A DNA stretch of 64,000 bases, taken from the human T2T-CHM13v2.0 reference genome, Homo sapiens. Both the position numbers and the translations under genes were made by a program. Each line of letters starts with the position of its first letter. The first letter of the stretch is position 1. The stretch is taken from the NCBI RefSeq assembly GCF_009914755.1, contig NC_060926.1, one strand, 5' to 3'. The notes under the pieces were generated by a model. That model had not been told where the DNA came from. It made no database searches and saw only the letters and a program-made list of their open reading frames with translations. Positions 41,630 to 57,011 of the stretch are shown one piece after another.

Positions 41630-41960
41630 GTTATGAGAGAAGACAGTTATGAGGGTGCAAAGGAGGGGAACTTCGTTTAGATATGGACGTAAAGTGGAAT
41701 CCCTAAAAGAGATAAGAAATGAGCAGGCAGAGAAGTGAGGAAGACGTTCCAGGCAGTTGAAATTTAGACGGGAAGCTACAAAAGTGTGGGAGAATTTAGT
41801 ACATTTGGGGAACTGCAAAGTTTCATGACGAAGTGTGATCTGGGAAGGAGGAGACATAAGCAACAAGGCTGGAGAGGCAGGGGAGAAGAAGATCGGGAAG
41901 GGCTTTTATCCCCTACTATGCCAGTAAAGGTGGTGAGGAATCCCTGACAGGTCTAAGTAA
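41630..41960 (-). mobile_element. L2 fragment
   Basis: Purine-rich L2 text (gaagacgttccaggcag...aggctggagaggcaggg...gaagggcttt). Confidence 0.55.
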
Positions 41961-44520
41961 CAGTTTTTTAAAAAAAATTTTAAAGACTTCATTTGTTTAG
42001 AACAGTTTCAGGTTTGCAGCAGCTTTGAGAGGAAGGTATAGAGATAGCCCATATATCCCTGTCCGCACAGATGCATGGTCTCTCATTATCAATATCCTCC
42101 ACCAGATGGTACATTTTTAAAAATAGATGTTCTTACATTAAGCCATCATTATCACCCAAAGTCCACAGTTTACATTAGGGTTCAGTCTTGTTATTGTACA
42201 TTCTATGGGGTTGGACAAATGTGTAATGATATATTCCACCACTGCAGTATCATGCAGAGCATGGTTTATTGGTATCTCACTGTTATTTTAATTTGCATTT
42301 CCCTAGCAACATATGATGTGGAGCATCTTTTCACATGCTTATTTGCCATTTGTATACTTTTTGGTGAGGTTTCTGTTAAGGTCTTTGGCCCATTATTTAA
42401 TTGGGGTGTTTACTTTCTTATTGTTGTGTTTTAAGAGTTCTTGGTATATGTTGGATAAAAGCCCTTTATCAGATGCGTCTTTTGCAAATATTTTCTCTCA
42501 GTCTATGATTTAGCTTTTCATTCTGTGGATAATGTCTTTCATAGAGTAAAAATTTTCAATTTTAATGAAGTCCAGCTTATCAGTTATTTATTTTATTGAC
42601 CATGTGTTTGGTTCCATATCTAAAAAGTCATCACCATACCCAAGGTTGTCAAGGTTTTCTTTTATGTTATGTTCTGGGAGCTTTACAGTTCTGCATTTTA
42701 CATTTAGGCCTGTGATTTATTTTGAGTCAATTTATATGAAGGGTTAACATCTATGTCTGATTCTTTTTGTTTTTTCTTGCATGTGAATGTCCAGTTTTTC
42801 CAGCACCATTTGTTGAAAAGGCTCTATTTTCTCCACTGTATTGCCTTTGCTTATTTGTCAAAAATCAGTTGACTTTATTTATGTCAGTCTATTTCTGGGT
42901 TCTGCTTCCTGTTCTATTGATCTATTTATTTTTTCACAAATACCACACTGTCCTGATTACTATAGTTTTATAGTAAGTCTTGAAGTAGGATACTGCGGGT
43001 TTCCAGCTTTGTTCTCCCTCAATGTCATGTTGACTATTATGGGTCTTTTGCTTCTTTTTATACACTTTGGAATGAATTTGTCAATATCTATAAAAAACTT
43101 GCTTGAATTTTAATAGGGAATTCATTGAATCTATAGATCAATTTTGGAAGAACTGACATGTTGACAATATTGAGCTTTCCTATCCTGACAAAGGAGTATC
43201 TCTCTACTTATTTAGTGTTTCTTTGAATTCCTTCATCAGATTTTGTAGTTTTTCTCATAGAGATTTTGCACATATTTTGTTAGATTTATGCCTAAGTATT
43301 TTATTTTTGGGGGGATGCTTATGTATGTGTTATTGTGTTTTAAATTTCAAATTCCACTGATTTATTGTAGGCATATAGAAATGCAATTGACTTTTACCTT
43401 GTACCCCACAACCTTACTATAACCACTTATTAGTTGCAGGGTTTTTTGGTCAATTCTTTAAGATTTTCTACATAGACAATCATGTTATCTGTGGACAAAG
43501 ATAGTTTTATTAATTCTTTCCAATTGGTATACATTTTATTTCTTTTTAATGTCTTAATTCATTACTTAGGACTTCCAATAAGCTGTTGAAAAGCAGCAGT
43601 GAGAGGGTCATCATTCCTTAGCTTGACCAATCTTAGTGGGAAAACTTCAAGTTTCTGACCACTAAGTACAATATTACTATAGGTTTTTTTGGTATATTTT
43701 TAAAAAATCAAGTTAAGGAAGTTCTTCTCTATTTCTACTTTACTGAGAGTTCCTTATTTTGAAATTGGTATTGAATTTTGTGTTTGGATTTTCTGCATCT
43801 ATTGATATAATCATATGCTTTTTCTTTTTTAGCCTGTCGATGTGATGGATTACATTAACTGATTTTTGAATATTAAACCAGCCTTAAATACCTGGGATAA
43901 ATCTCATTCAGTTGTGACTTACAATTCTTTTTATATATTGTTGGATTTGATTTGCCACTATTTTGTTGGGAATTTTTGCATAAATGTTCATGAGACATAC
44001 TGATCTGTAGTTTTCTTTTCTTATAATGTCTTTGTCTGGTTTTGGTATTTGGGTTATGACAGCCTCATAAAATGAGTTGGGAAGTATTTCCTCTGCTTTT
44101 ATCTACTGAAAGAGATTGTATAGAACTGGCATAATTTCTTCCTTAACTGTTTGGTATAATTCACCAGTGAACCCGTCTGGGCTGTGTCCTTTCTGTTTTG
44201 GAAAGTTATTCATTATTGATTCAATTTTTTAAATAGATTATAGGCCTATTCAAATAGTCTATTTCTTCTTGTGTGAGTTTGGGCAGGTTGTGTCTGTCAA
44301 GGAATTGGTGTATTTTATCTAGGTTATCAAATTTGTGGGCATAGAGTTGTTACTTTATTATCTTTTTAATGTGCACGAGACCTATACTGATGTTCCCTCT
44401 TTCATTTCTGATATTGGTAATTTGTTTTCTTAGCCTGGCTAGAGGCTCATAGACTTTATTGATCTTTTTAAAGAATTAGCTTTTGGTTTCACTGATTTTC
44501 TCTATTGAGTTCCTATTTTC

Positions 44521-46137
<1,617 letters not shown>

Positions 46138-46195
46138 TGATTTCCTATTTTCAATTGCTTTGATTTCTGCTCTAATTTTTATTATTTATTTTCTT

Positions 46196-48022
46196 TTTTT
46201 ACATTAAATAGATGTTAAAATTTATTTTTTCTTTTACCTTTTATTTTAGACTCAGGGGTGGGTACATGTGCAAGTTTGTTACATATGTAAATTGTTTTTG
46301 CTGAGGTTTGCTGTGCAAATGATCCAGTCACCCAGGTAGTGAGCATGGTACCTGATAGGTAGTTTTTCAGCCCGTTTTCCACTCCCTCTCTCCCTCATCA
46401 AGGAGTCCCAGTGTGTATTATTCCCATCTTTGTGTCCACGTGTATTCAGTGCTTAGCTCTTTCTCTCTCACTTGTAAGTGAGAACGTGTGGTATTTGGTT
46501 TTCTGTTTCTGCATTAATTCCCTTATGATAATGGCCTGTAGCTGCATCCATGTTGCTGCAAAGGACATTATTTCATTCCTTTTTATGCCTACATAGTATT
46601 CCATGGCACATATTTACCACATTTTAAAAATCCAGTCCAACATTGATGGACATCTAGGTTGAGTCCATATCTTTGCTATTATGAATACTGTTGTGATGAA
46701 CATATGAGTGCATGTGTCTTTTTGGTAGAACAATTTATTTTTCTTTGGATATATATCCAGTAGTGGGATTGCAGGTTTGAATGGTAGTTCTGTTTTAAGT
46801 TATTTGGGAAATCTCTACACTGTTTTCCACAGAAGCTGAAGTAATTTACATTCCCACCAACAGTGTAAAATTGTTTCCTTTTTCCACAATCTTGCCAACA
46901 TCCGTTGTTTTTTGACTTTTTCATAGTAGCCATTCTGATTGGCATGAAATGGTATATAACTGTGGATTTGCATTTCTTTAATAATTAGTGGTGGTGAGTG
47001 TTTTTTCTTATGTTTGTTGGGTGCGTGTATGTCTTCTTTTGAAAAATGTCTGTTCATGTCCTTTGCTCATTTTAAAATAGGGTTATTTGTTTTTGCTTGT
47101 TGAATTGTTTAAGTTCCTTGTAGATTCTGGATATTAGACCTTTGTTGGATGCATCGTTTGAATATTTTCTCCCATTCTGTAGGTTGTCTGTTTACTCTGT
47201 TGATAGCTTCTTTTGCTGTGCAGAAGGTCTTTAGTTTAATTAGACTCCACTTGTCAGTTTTTTTGTTGTTGTTGCAATTTTTTTTGGGGAGTTAGTAATA
47301 AAATCTTTGCTAAAGCCAACATCCAGACTGGTATCTCCTAGGTATTCTTCTGGGGTTTTTATAGTTTGAGGTCTTACATTTAATCCATCTCGAGTTTTTT
47401 TTTAATATGGTGAAAAGTAGGGGTTCAGTTTTAATTTTCTGCATATGGCTAGATAGTTATCCCAGAACCATTTATTGAATAGGGACACCTTTCCTCATTG
47501 CTTGTTTTTGTCAACTTTGTTGAAGATCAGGTGGTTTTAGGTATGCAGCTTTATTTCTGGGTTCTCCATCTTGTTCCCTTGGTCTATGTGTCTGTTTTTG
47601 TTCCAGTACCATGCTGTTTTGATTACTGCATCCTTGTAGCATATTTTGAAATCAGGTAGTATGATGCTTCTCACTTTGTTCTTTTTGCTTAGGATTGCTT
47701 TGGTGATAATCCACAATCAATGCACAAAGATAAGTAGCATTTTTATGCACCAATGACATCTAAGCTGAGAGCCAAATCAAGATCACAATCCAATTTATGA
47801 TAGCCACATAAAGGATAAAACACCTAGGAATACAGCTAAGCAAGAAGGTGAAAGGTCTCTACAACAGGAATTATAAAACACTGCTGAAAGAAATCAGAGA
47901 CTACACAAACAAATGTAAAAACATTCCATGCTCATGGATAGGAGGAATCAATATTGTTAAAATGGCCATAATTGCCCAAAGCAATTTATATATTCAATGC
48001 TATTCTTATCAAACTACCAATC
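46196..48022 (-). mobile_element. Older L1PA (PA13-16-like) with inverted 5' segment (~47706-48020 on + strand)
   Basis: Antisense L1 up to ~47705, then sense ORF2 (ORF 47848: [32 protein letters not shown]); TSD-like ttattt(a/c)ttttctt at 46182-46195 and 48023-48036. Confidence 0.85.
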
Positions 48023-50774
48023 TTATTTCTTTTCTTCTGGTTATTTTGGATTTAATTCACTCTTCTTTTTGTAGTTTCCTGAAATGGAAGCTTAGACGGT
48101 AGATTATAGATCTTTATTCTTTCCTAATATATGCACTTGATGCTATAAGTCTCCTTCTATGTGCTGCTCTTGCTGCATTTCACAAATTTTGATAAATTGT
48201 GCTTTCGTTCTTATTTAGTTCAAAATACTTTTTAATTTCTTTTGAGATTTCTTCTTAACCCATGTGTTATTTAGAAGTGTATTGCTTTTAATCTTCACGT
48301 ATCTGGGGATTTTCTAGTTATACTTCTGCCATTTATTTTTAGTTTAATTTTATTATGGTCTGAGAGCAGACATTGCATGATTTCTGTTATTTTACATTCG
48401 TGAAGGTGTATTTTATGACCCAAAATGTTGGTCTCTCTTGTGGAATATTCCATGTGAGGTTGAGAAGAATGTATATTCTGCTATGGTTGGATGAAGTAAT
48501 CTACACTTGTCAATTATATCTAGTTGATTGATGGTGTTGTGGAATTCAACCACATCTTTACTGATTTTCTGCCTGCTGGATCTGTTCATTTGTAATGGAG
48601 GGGTGTTGGTGTTGTCAGCCATAATAGTGAATTAGTCTATTTCTTCTTGCAAGTTTATTAGTTTTTGCTTCACATATTTTAGTGCTCAGTCGTTAGGCAC
48701 ATACACGTTAAGGATTGTTTTGTGTTCTTGGAGAATTGACCTCTTTATTATTATGTAATGGTCCCTTTTTATCCCTGATCACTTTTTTGCTTAGAAGTTT
48801 GCTTTGTTTGAAATTAATATAGCCACTCCCACTTTCTTTTGATTAATGCAGAATTCTAGGTTGGTGGGTTTTTTCTTCTTAACACTAAATATTTTACTGC
48901 ATTCTCCTCTTGCTTTCATGGCTTCTGAGGAAATGTTGGACCTAATTCTTATCTTTGCTCCACTACAGGTAAAATGGTTTCTCCCCACCAGCTTCTTTCA
49001 GGACTTTTCTTTTATCTTTGATTTTCTATAGTTTGAAAATGTCATGCCTAGGTGTAGAGGTTTCTTTTTTTCTTAGAATTTATCTTGCTTTGTGTTTTAT
49101 GAACTTCCTGGATCTGTGGTTTGGTGTCTGATTTTAATATTGGAAAAATTCCCAGTAATTATTGTTTCAAATATTTCTTCTCTTTCTGTTTTTCTCCTCC
49201 TTCTGGTATCCCCATTATGTGTATTTTACAGATTTTGTAGTTATCCCACGGTTCTTGAACATTGTGTTCTCTTTTTCCCCCACATTTTGTTCTCTTTCCT
49301 TTTCAGTTTTAAAGTTTCCTATCACTATATCCTCAAGCTCAGAGATTCCTTCTTTATCCAGTGTACACATGAGCCCATCAAAGACATTCTTTATTTCTAT
49401 TACAGTGTTTTTGATCTCTAGCATTTCTTTTGGTTCTTTCTTAGGATATCCATCTCTGTGCTTACATGGTCCACCTGTTCTTCCATGCTGTTTACTTTTT
49501 CCATTAGAGCCCAAAGCATATTAATCATTTTTGTTTTACATTCCCTGTCTAATAATTCCAACATTCCTGTCACACACATAATGCATGTGAATTGTGGCCA
49601 AACTGCACCTGTGCTGCTTCTTGCCAGTAGACCACTCAAGTAAAGAGAACAGCTGCAACACTAACAAGAACTGTGCCTTTACTAGGCTCTGCTCACCTTC
49701 TCCAGATGGTTTTTTAGAATTTAATCATACATTTGTATGATGCCATTTATGACTAAATTCCTAGCCTAGCCTGATTATCTATTATCAGACAAATTTGCCA
49801 GTTGAGGTTCTGCTATCTGGTCTTATCAGATAGTAGGCCTATTTAGTACAAAAACTGTGATTCAGAAAGTCAATTGATTTATTAATTTTAGAAGAAATAG
49901 CTCTACTAAAACAACATTTGGAATTACTAGCACTCACCGTGTGTGATCTATTTGGAAATATTGCTTACTTTTGAAACAACACAATTCTTACTTTTCCACA
50001 AAATATCTGTGACTGCAACTGTCTGGGTAAATCAGTTTGTAATACTAGTTAACACATACAGAGAATATTCTAATTATATGTATTTCTTGAGTATATATAA
50101 GTATACATACATATACATACATACACAATTCTTATGACAGCTTTATGAGATAAATACTATTATCCCTGTTTGACAGATGAGGTAATTGAGGCAGAGAGCA
50201 ATAAAGTAGCTTTTGCAGAAAATACTTTCTTAATCAATAAAGAAAAACTCCACTTTTTAATGAAAACTGGGCTATTAGAGCTCTTTAAGTTAAAGTAGCC
50301 GAGGATGAGAGCTGAAGGAAAGGCGAGGACATTACCTCTGAAGGGAGATTCTATATCATGGCTCCAGCAAATCCCTAGCCCCAGCAGTGAACCACCCTGT
50401 CTGCTGAGCAGCCTATTTCTCTAGAGCTCTGCTGGCTACACCACTGAGACTTTCCTAAGCATTATCTAACAGGCTCAAAGAAAAGAGTCACAGTTTACTA
50501 ATTTAAGGCTGTTAAAGGGAGGAATAAGCCTTGATAGAGGTGCTGCTCTCCTGTGTTTGGAGGCATTCAGGCAGAGCAGTAACCAGCCATTAGGAGCTGT
50601 AGGAACATCCATAACAGTAAAAGGATATTAAATAACAGACCCTCTGCACTCCTTTCTGTTTTTTTTTAACTCTGATAAAAATATAACAACTGTGTAAGGC
50701 TAAATAACATTTAAATAAAACATAGGTCTTATTCAAATTGTGACTGATGGCAATTAAAGGATTAGAAGACATAC

Positions 50775-51262
50775 TGTAGAGGATGTTTTTGTTTGCTTCC
50801 CAGCATCAGTTCCTTCTCCTAGTATTAATGCAACTAATTTATTTTGGGAAACCACTTTTCCCTTATGTTCAGGCAGATGAATTAGGTGAGATCGGCTCCA
50901 CGTTTAAGTCCCAGGTGGGACCTGTTAGGCTTTAGTCAAGCAGCTTATCCCTTCCCTCTGGCCAATTATTGGGTTGGCAATGAGGCCATAATCAAGAGGA
51001 GATTGATTGGGCTCCTGGGGAAGAGATCTGTTCCCTAGAGGACTGAGTGTTAAGACATGTGGCTGAATCTGTCATCATACAGAGCTTGGCAGTAGAGCCA
51101 GCCCTAGCTAGGAAAAGCTGATGTGTGCATCCTGGTGACATTGTGTGAGGTACGAATTCCTCCTTCTCACATACAAACTTTTCAATGATGAAACCAATAA
51201 AGTTTTTTTTTTTTTTTGCCAAAGTTTTTCTGTCATTTTCAACTGAAAGGATTTTGATATAT
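50775..51262 (+). mobile_element. Old MLT1 LTR
   Basis: tgtagagga...cccagcatc start; aaccaataaa...gtttttctgtcattttcaactgaaaggattttgatataa end. Confidence 0.6.
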
Positions 51263-51284
51263 AAATATGTCACATTTTATTTAG

Positions 51285-51870
51285 AAGTTTATTTTATTCA
51301 ACAAGTATGTAGCATGTGCCAGGCTGTGTTCAAGAAGCTGGGATTAAAGCAGTGAACAAGATAGATAGGATCTTTATTCTCAAGATGGTTGTATTCTTTG
51401 GGAAAAGACGGTACTAACAGTAAAGAAATAAAATGTTGGCAATGAGGCCATAATCAAGGGGAAATAGATTGGGCTTCTGGGGAAGAGACATTTTCCCTGC
51501 TGGGCTGAGTGTTAAGACATGTGCCTGAATCTGTTATCATATAGAACTAATAATTTCAGATTGCATTGACTGCTGTGAAGAGAATTAATAGGGTGACATG
51601 ATTGAGGGTAATGCTGGAAGAAATGCTTAAGATACCATAATTCAGGGAAGGCTTCTTCCTGAGGATGTTGCTTCTGAGTTGAGACACAAAAAATGGAAAA
51701 AAAACTAGCTATGGAAATATATTTGAGGCAGATGGCACAGTAAGTGGAAAATTCTTCTGCATAAACGAGCTTTGGATATTCTAAAAACATAATGAAAATC
51801 AGTATTATATGAAGATAATGAGCAAGAAAGATAAAAGATATGACTGGAGAGGTGAGCTTCATATGCCTCT
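51285..51870 (-). mobile_element. L2 carrying a 114-bp templated insert
   Basis: attcaacaagtatg...tgtgccaggctgtgtt...gcagtgaacaaga...tcagggaaggcttc...tgagttgagac. Confidence 0.7.
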
Positions 51871-54001
51871 CTTGTGAACAAATCCTACCCTCTCTTTTAA
51901 CCCAATTATGGGTTGGTGATGAGGAAGGATTCCTACTTCATTCACATAGTAATCATTCAACTAAAAGTTATGCTGTTTATGTGCCAGGTTCTGTAATAGG
52001 TACAGCAAATAAAGGGGTGAATAACTCAGAATTCTTATTCTAGAAGATCTCATAGTATTTGAAGTTCTTCTCATTTACAACTTCTATAATCTCATGAACT
52101 TCTCAGTTCTGTGATGTCTTCTTAGTGTTCTAAACTTGAAGTTCATCTCCTCACATTCCTCACCAATTCCACCAAGGACTATCACTCCCACTGCACAACC
52201 CATTACATTTTTCATGGGACCTTCTCAGACCTAAACCTCTCTCCTTAAAATTGAGCTCCCACTCGCTGGGTTGTAAGTAGTTTTTTTAATTGCTAATCTT
52301 TGTTTGCTACCAAATAGCAGAAATGTCATCAAATTTGATATATTATTCGTTGTCATAGTTGCTGGTGGTCTTAGCACATGCATGCTCATCAATATAACTT
52401 TTTATATATACATATTTTAGGATAGTCTCAAGTTTGCAACAATAAATTTGGGAATTCTATAGAGAATCTAAAGACTATTCTAACGATGTTAATGAAGATT
52501 ATATGTTTGAGATTCTCTATAAATTTTTTAAAGAAACTTAAAGCCAGGCTAGCAGATAGATGGTAAGAAACAGTTAGAGAAATTTGCACATGCACACAAA
52601 TCTGCCTTCTCAGTTAGGAAATCCAGGAGAAATAGCCTTAAATTTTTATCAGTCTGTTAGAAGAAACCTCTTATATTAATATCAGACAGAATACTAGAAA
52701 ATCAATGGGAGAGATAAACAAGATAATTTTCAATCTTCCACTGGCAAATATTTATTAATAATTATTTTATGCAAGTCACTGAAGCAAGATTGACACCGTA
52801 CTATCAACATGCATAATTTTATAATTATGAAAATAGTGTTTGAAAGCAAAATGAGCAATTGTGGAACAGTTCCAAATAGTGAAAATGTTTGAAAGCTTGG
52901 ATATATCAAAATTCATTTTATTTTGTCATTCAGAATGCTGAGACAAGTATTGCACATCAATCCTAACCATTGACCAAGCAGGAAAATGAATACAAATTTA
53001 ATTAACTTCACCTTACTTTCCCTCATTTATTATTTATTTTTCCTAGATTTCTAATGTTATCATGTAGCAATCCATATATAGATATCCAAGTATGAATTTT
53101 ATATTGATGCATCTAAATGTATTTAATAAATAGTTCTTTCAATTAAATGCTGCCTCCTTTATTCTTTATTCTAATAGAATAGCATAAGAAATAAGGAGCA
53201 TGTAATGAACATAGGGATCACAATAAAAAGCCATGATGTTCAAAAGAAATAAATAATATGTAAGTTTCCAAAAGGCAATTATGCATGAAATATAACATAT
53301 ACATTCAGTAATGTAAATTATGAAACATAAGCTAAAATTCACTGTGTACTGAATTTGTGTAAATATGAAAAACTATGTCAAAATAGGAAGACAAAAAAGA
53401 TAAACTATATGTGCCATTTTGTTGCATAACTTATCAATACCACTTTAAACATGAACTTTGCCTCTATAATCAAATGCCTCTACCTGTGACATAGTTGGGA
53501 GAAATGCTAACAGGAGGAGAAAGGACTGGGTGATGTAAACCTCCCTCCTAAGCCACTGCTGAACCAATGCAATCTATTTTCTTTGTGATTAACTTGTTAC
53601 TGTCTCCAAATGATTCCATTGTGATTCTAACATAATTTAACTTAAAATGGTTTGTCTTTATACTATTGTAAACAAAACTGAGAAGAAATCTGAAAATTCA
53701 CATTTTCATGCTAGGTTTCCTAGTGATTCCATTAAAAAATGCTAACGTACAGTAAAAATGTACCTATTTTCAAGTACAGTGAGTTTTGATGAAAGCATAT
53801 TCCTATGTACCATGGTCACAATTATTAAGATTTATCATCCCCAAAAGCTTATTTACAGTCAATACTCCCTCCTCACTGCAACTGGGTAATCATTGAGTTC
53901 ATCACATGAATATAATTCTATGTCATGCTTATTTCTTTTGTTCAGCATAAAGTATTTGAAAATCATCCACATTGTTAAGGTATCAGTACTTTGTTCCATT
54001 T

Positions 54002-56203
54002 TGTATTAGGATGTTCTCACATTGCTATAAAGAAATGCCTGAGACTGGGTAATTTATAAAGAAAAGAGGTTTAATTGGCCCATGGTTCCACAGACTGTAC
54101 AGAAAGCATGATGTGACATCTGCCTGCGTTCTGGGGAGGCCTCAGGAAACTTACAATAGTGGTGGAAGGCGAAGGAGGACCCAGCACATTACGTGGCCAC
54201 AGCAGCAAGAGTGAGAGAATGGGGAGGTGCTATACACTTTTAAGCAACCAGATCTCATGATAACCTACTCACTTACAATCATGAGAACAGCACTGAGGGG
54301 ATGGTGCTAACCCATTAATGAGAACCCTGCCCCCATGATCAAATCACCTCCCACCAGGCCCCACCTCATTCAACATGAGCTTTGGTAAAAGACACAGATT
54401 CAAACCATATTATTCTGCTTCTGGCCCCTCCCAAATCTCATGTCCTTCTCACATCTGAAAATCCAATTATGCCTTCCCAATAATCCCCAAAGTCTTAACT
54501 CCTTCCAGCATTAACTCAAAAGTCCAAAGTCTCATGTGAGACAAAGCTAGTCCCTTCTGCACATGGGCCTGTAAAATTAAAAACAAGTTAGTTACTTCCA
54601 AGATACAAGAAGGTATAGGCATTAAATATTCTTGTTCCAAAAGGGAGAAATTGGCCAAAAGAAAGGGCCTACAGGCCACAAGCAAGTTTGAAACCCAGTA
54701 GGGTGATCATCAAATCTTAAAGCTTCAAAATAATCTTCTTTGACTCCATGTCCCACATCCAGGGCACTCTGAGGTGAGGGGTGGGCTCCCAAGGCCTTGG
54801 GCAAGTCCACCCCTACAGTAGGCTTCTGCCTGGACCTCCAGGCTTTTCCATACATCCTCTGAAATCTAGGTGGAGGCTCCTAAGCCATAACTCTTGTACT
54901 CTGTGCACCTGCAGGTCTAATGTCATGGGAAAGCTGCCAAGGCTCATGGCTTGCACCCTCCAGAGCAGCTGCCTGAGCTGTACCTAAGTCCTTTTGAGCC
55001 ATGGCTGGTGCTGGAGTGGCATAGATACAGGAAGCAGTGTTTCAAGGCTCTGCAGGGCAGCAGGCCATGGGCCTCGCCAATGAAACCATTCTTCCCTCCT
55101 AGGCCTCCAAGCCTGTGATGGGAGGGGCTGCCACAAAGGTCTCTGTAATGTCTTTTAGGCCTTTTCTCCATTGATTTAAATATTAGCACTTGGCATCTTT
55201 TTACTTATGCGAATTTCTGCAGCCTGCTTGAATTCCTACCCTGAAAATGAACTTTTCTTTTTTATCACATGGCCAGGCTGCAAATTTTTCAAACTTTTAT
55301 GTTTTGCTTCCCCTTTAAATATAAGTTCCAACTTTAGGTCATTTCTTTGTTCATACATATGTGCATAGGTTGTTAGAAACAACCAGGCTGCTTCTTGAGC
55401 ACTTTGCTGCTTAGAAATTTCTTCTGCCAGATACCCGAAAACATCACTCTCAAGTTCAAAGTCCTACAGATTTGTAGGGCAGGGACACATGCAGCCACGT
55501 TATTTACTAAGGCATAACACACATGACCTTTGCTGCTGTGCCCAATGAGTTCCTTATCTCCACCTGAGACCTCATCAGTCTGGCTATCTGTCTCTATCAT
55601 TCTCAACATTTGTCTCACAACTATTCAACAAGTCTCTAAGAAGTTTCAACTTTTCCTTCATCTTCCTGTCTTCTTCTGATCCCTTCAAACTCTTCCAATG
55701 TCTGCCCATTACCCAGTTTCAAAGTTGCTTCTACATTTTCAGGTGTCGTTATAGCAATGCCCCACTCCCAGTACCAATTTTCTATATTAGGCCATTCTTG
55801 CATTGCTATAAAAATTACCTGAGCTGGGTAATTTATAAAGAAAAGAGATTTAATTGGCTCATGGTTCTGCAGGCTATCAGGAAGCATGATGCTGGCATTT
55901 GCTCAGCTTGCGGGAGGCCTTAGCAAACTTACAATCATGGTGGAAGGCAAAGGGGGAGCCAGCACATCACATGGCCAGAGCAGCAAGAGGGAGAAAAGGA
56001 GGAGGTGCCACACACTTTTAAACAACCAGATCTCATGGGAACTCACTCGTGATGGTGGGGACAGTACCAAGGGGATGGTGCTAAACCATTCATGAGAACT
56101 CTGCCCCCTTGATCCAATCACCTCCCACCAGGCCCTACCTTCAGCATTGGGGATTAAAATTCAACATGAGATTTGGGCAGGGATATGGATCCACACCATA
56201 TTA
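54002..56203 (-). mobile_element. MST (MaLR, MSTA-like) two-LTR element: LTRs 54002-54412 and 55783-56203
   Basis: tgtattagg...cattgctataaag...aaaccatatta LTRs; MST-int between; 5-bp TSD cattt (53997-54001, 56204-56208). Confidence 0.93.
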
Positions 56204-56576
56204 CATTTATTGTTGTATAGTATTCCATTCTGTTGCATGGATATACAATAATTTTTTCAAAATTAATTTCCTGTTGACTGACATGGGTTGTTTCCAGCTT
56301 TCAGTCATTATAACTAATGCCACTAAAAACACTTACGAGCAAGTCTTTGTGTGAACGTGTGTTTTTATTTCTCTTGAGTGAACACTTAGGAGTGGAATTG
56401 CTAGGTGGTATGTTTAACTAAGTGTATGTTTAACTATATAAAGAACTACTTAGTAGTGTTGGTTGTGTTATATTACACTCACATTAGCAATACATGAAAA
56501 TTAAGTTGTTCCACATCTTTGTCAACAATTGATTGTCTATTAAATTAACATGTGATTTTAATTTTTTTTTCTTTTT

Positions 56577-57011
56577 CTTATGGGTAAGGGGAGCCAGTTA
56601 TGTGTATGTGTGTAGAGGTGAGGGATAAGGAATGGGAAGTCCCCACTGGGAGAAAGATGCTTCAAGAAGTTCTGCATTTGTGTCTCCAGTGCCCCCATCA
56701 ACAACTCTCTGCTGGTGGATGGGCATGTTCTGGTCACTGGTGATGACACAGATGGTATCCATCTCTAGGACCAGTGGAAGGAGGGCCTCTTAATGGATAT
56801 GAGGTAGCATGAGGAGTACATTGAAGACATGGCTCTGTATCCAGCTGAGAAGCTGCTGCTGATAGCCAGCTACAACCTCAAAGCTGCCTTCCCTCCCCAT
56901 GTTCAATATCTTCCTGAAGGGGAACTTGTGGCTAAGACTGTTGCCCTACTTTCTACAGTGGAAATGGCTACCTTGGCATTTTCAAAATCAAGAGATGTTG
57001 GTTTGAGTTGC
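56577..57011 (+). pseudogene. WDR55-like gene fragment: exon end, intron, 180-nt exon, intron, partial exon
   Basis: 56690-56869 translates APINNSLLVDGHVLVTGDDTDGIHL*DQWKEGLLMDMR*HEEYIEDMALYPAEKLLLIAS and 56960-57010 GNGYLGIFKIKRCWFEL. These match my recollection of WDR55 ([77 protein letters not shown]). Two in-frame stops. Confidence 0.88.
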
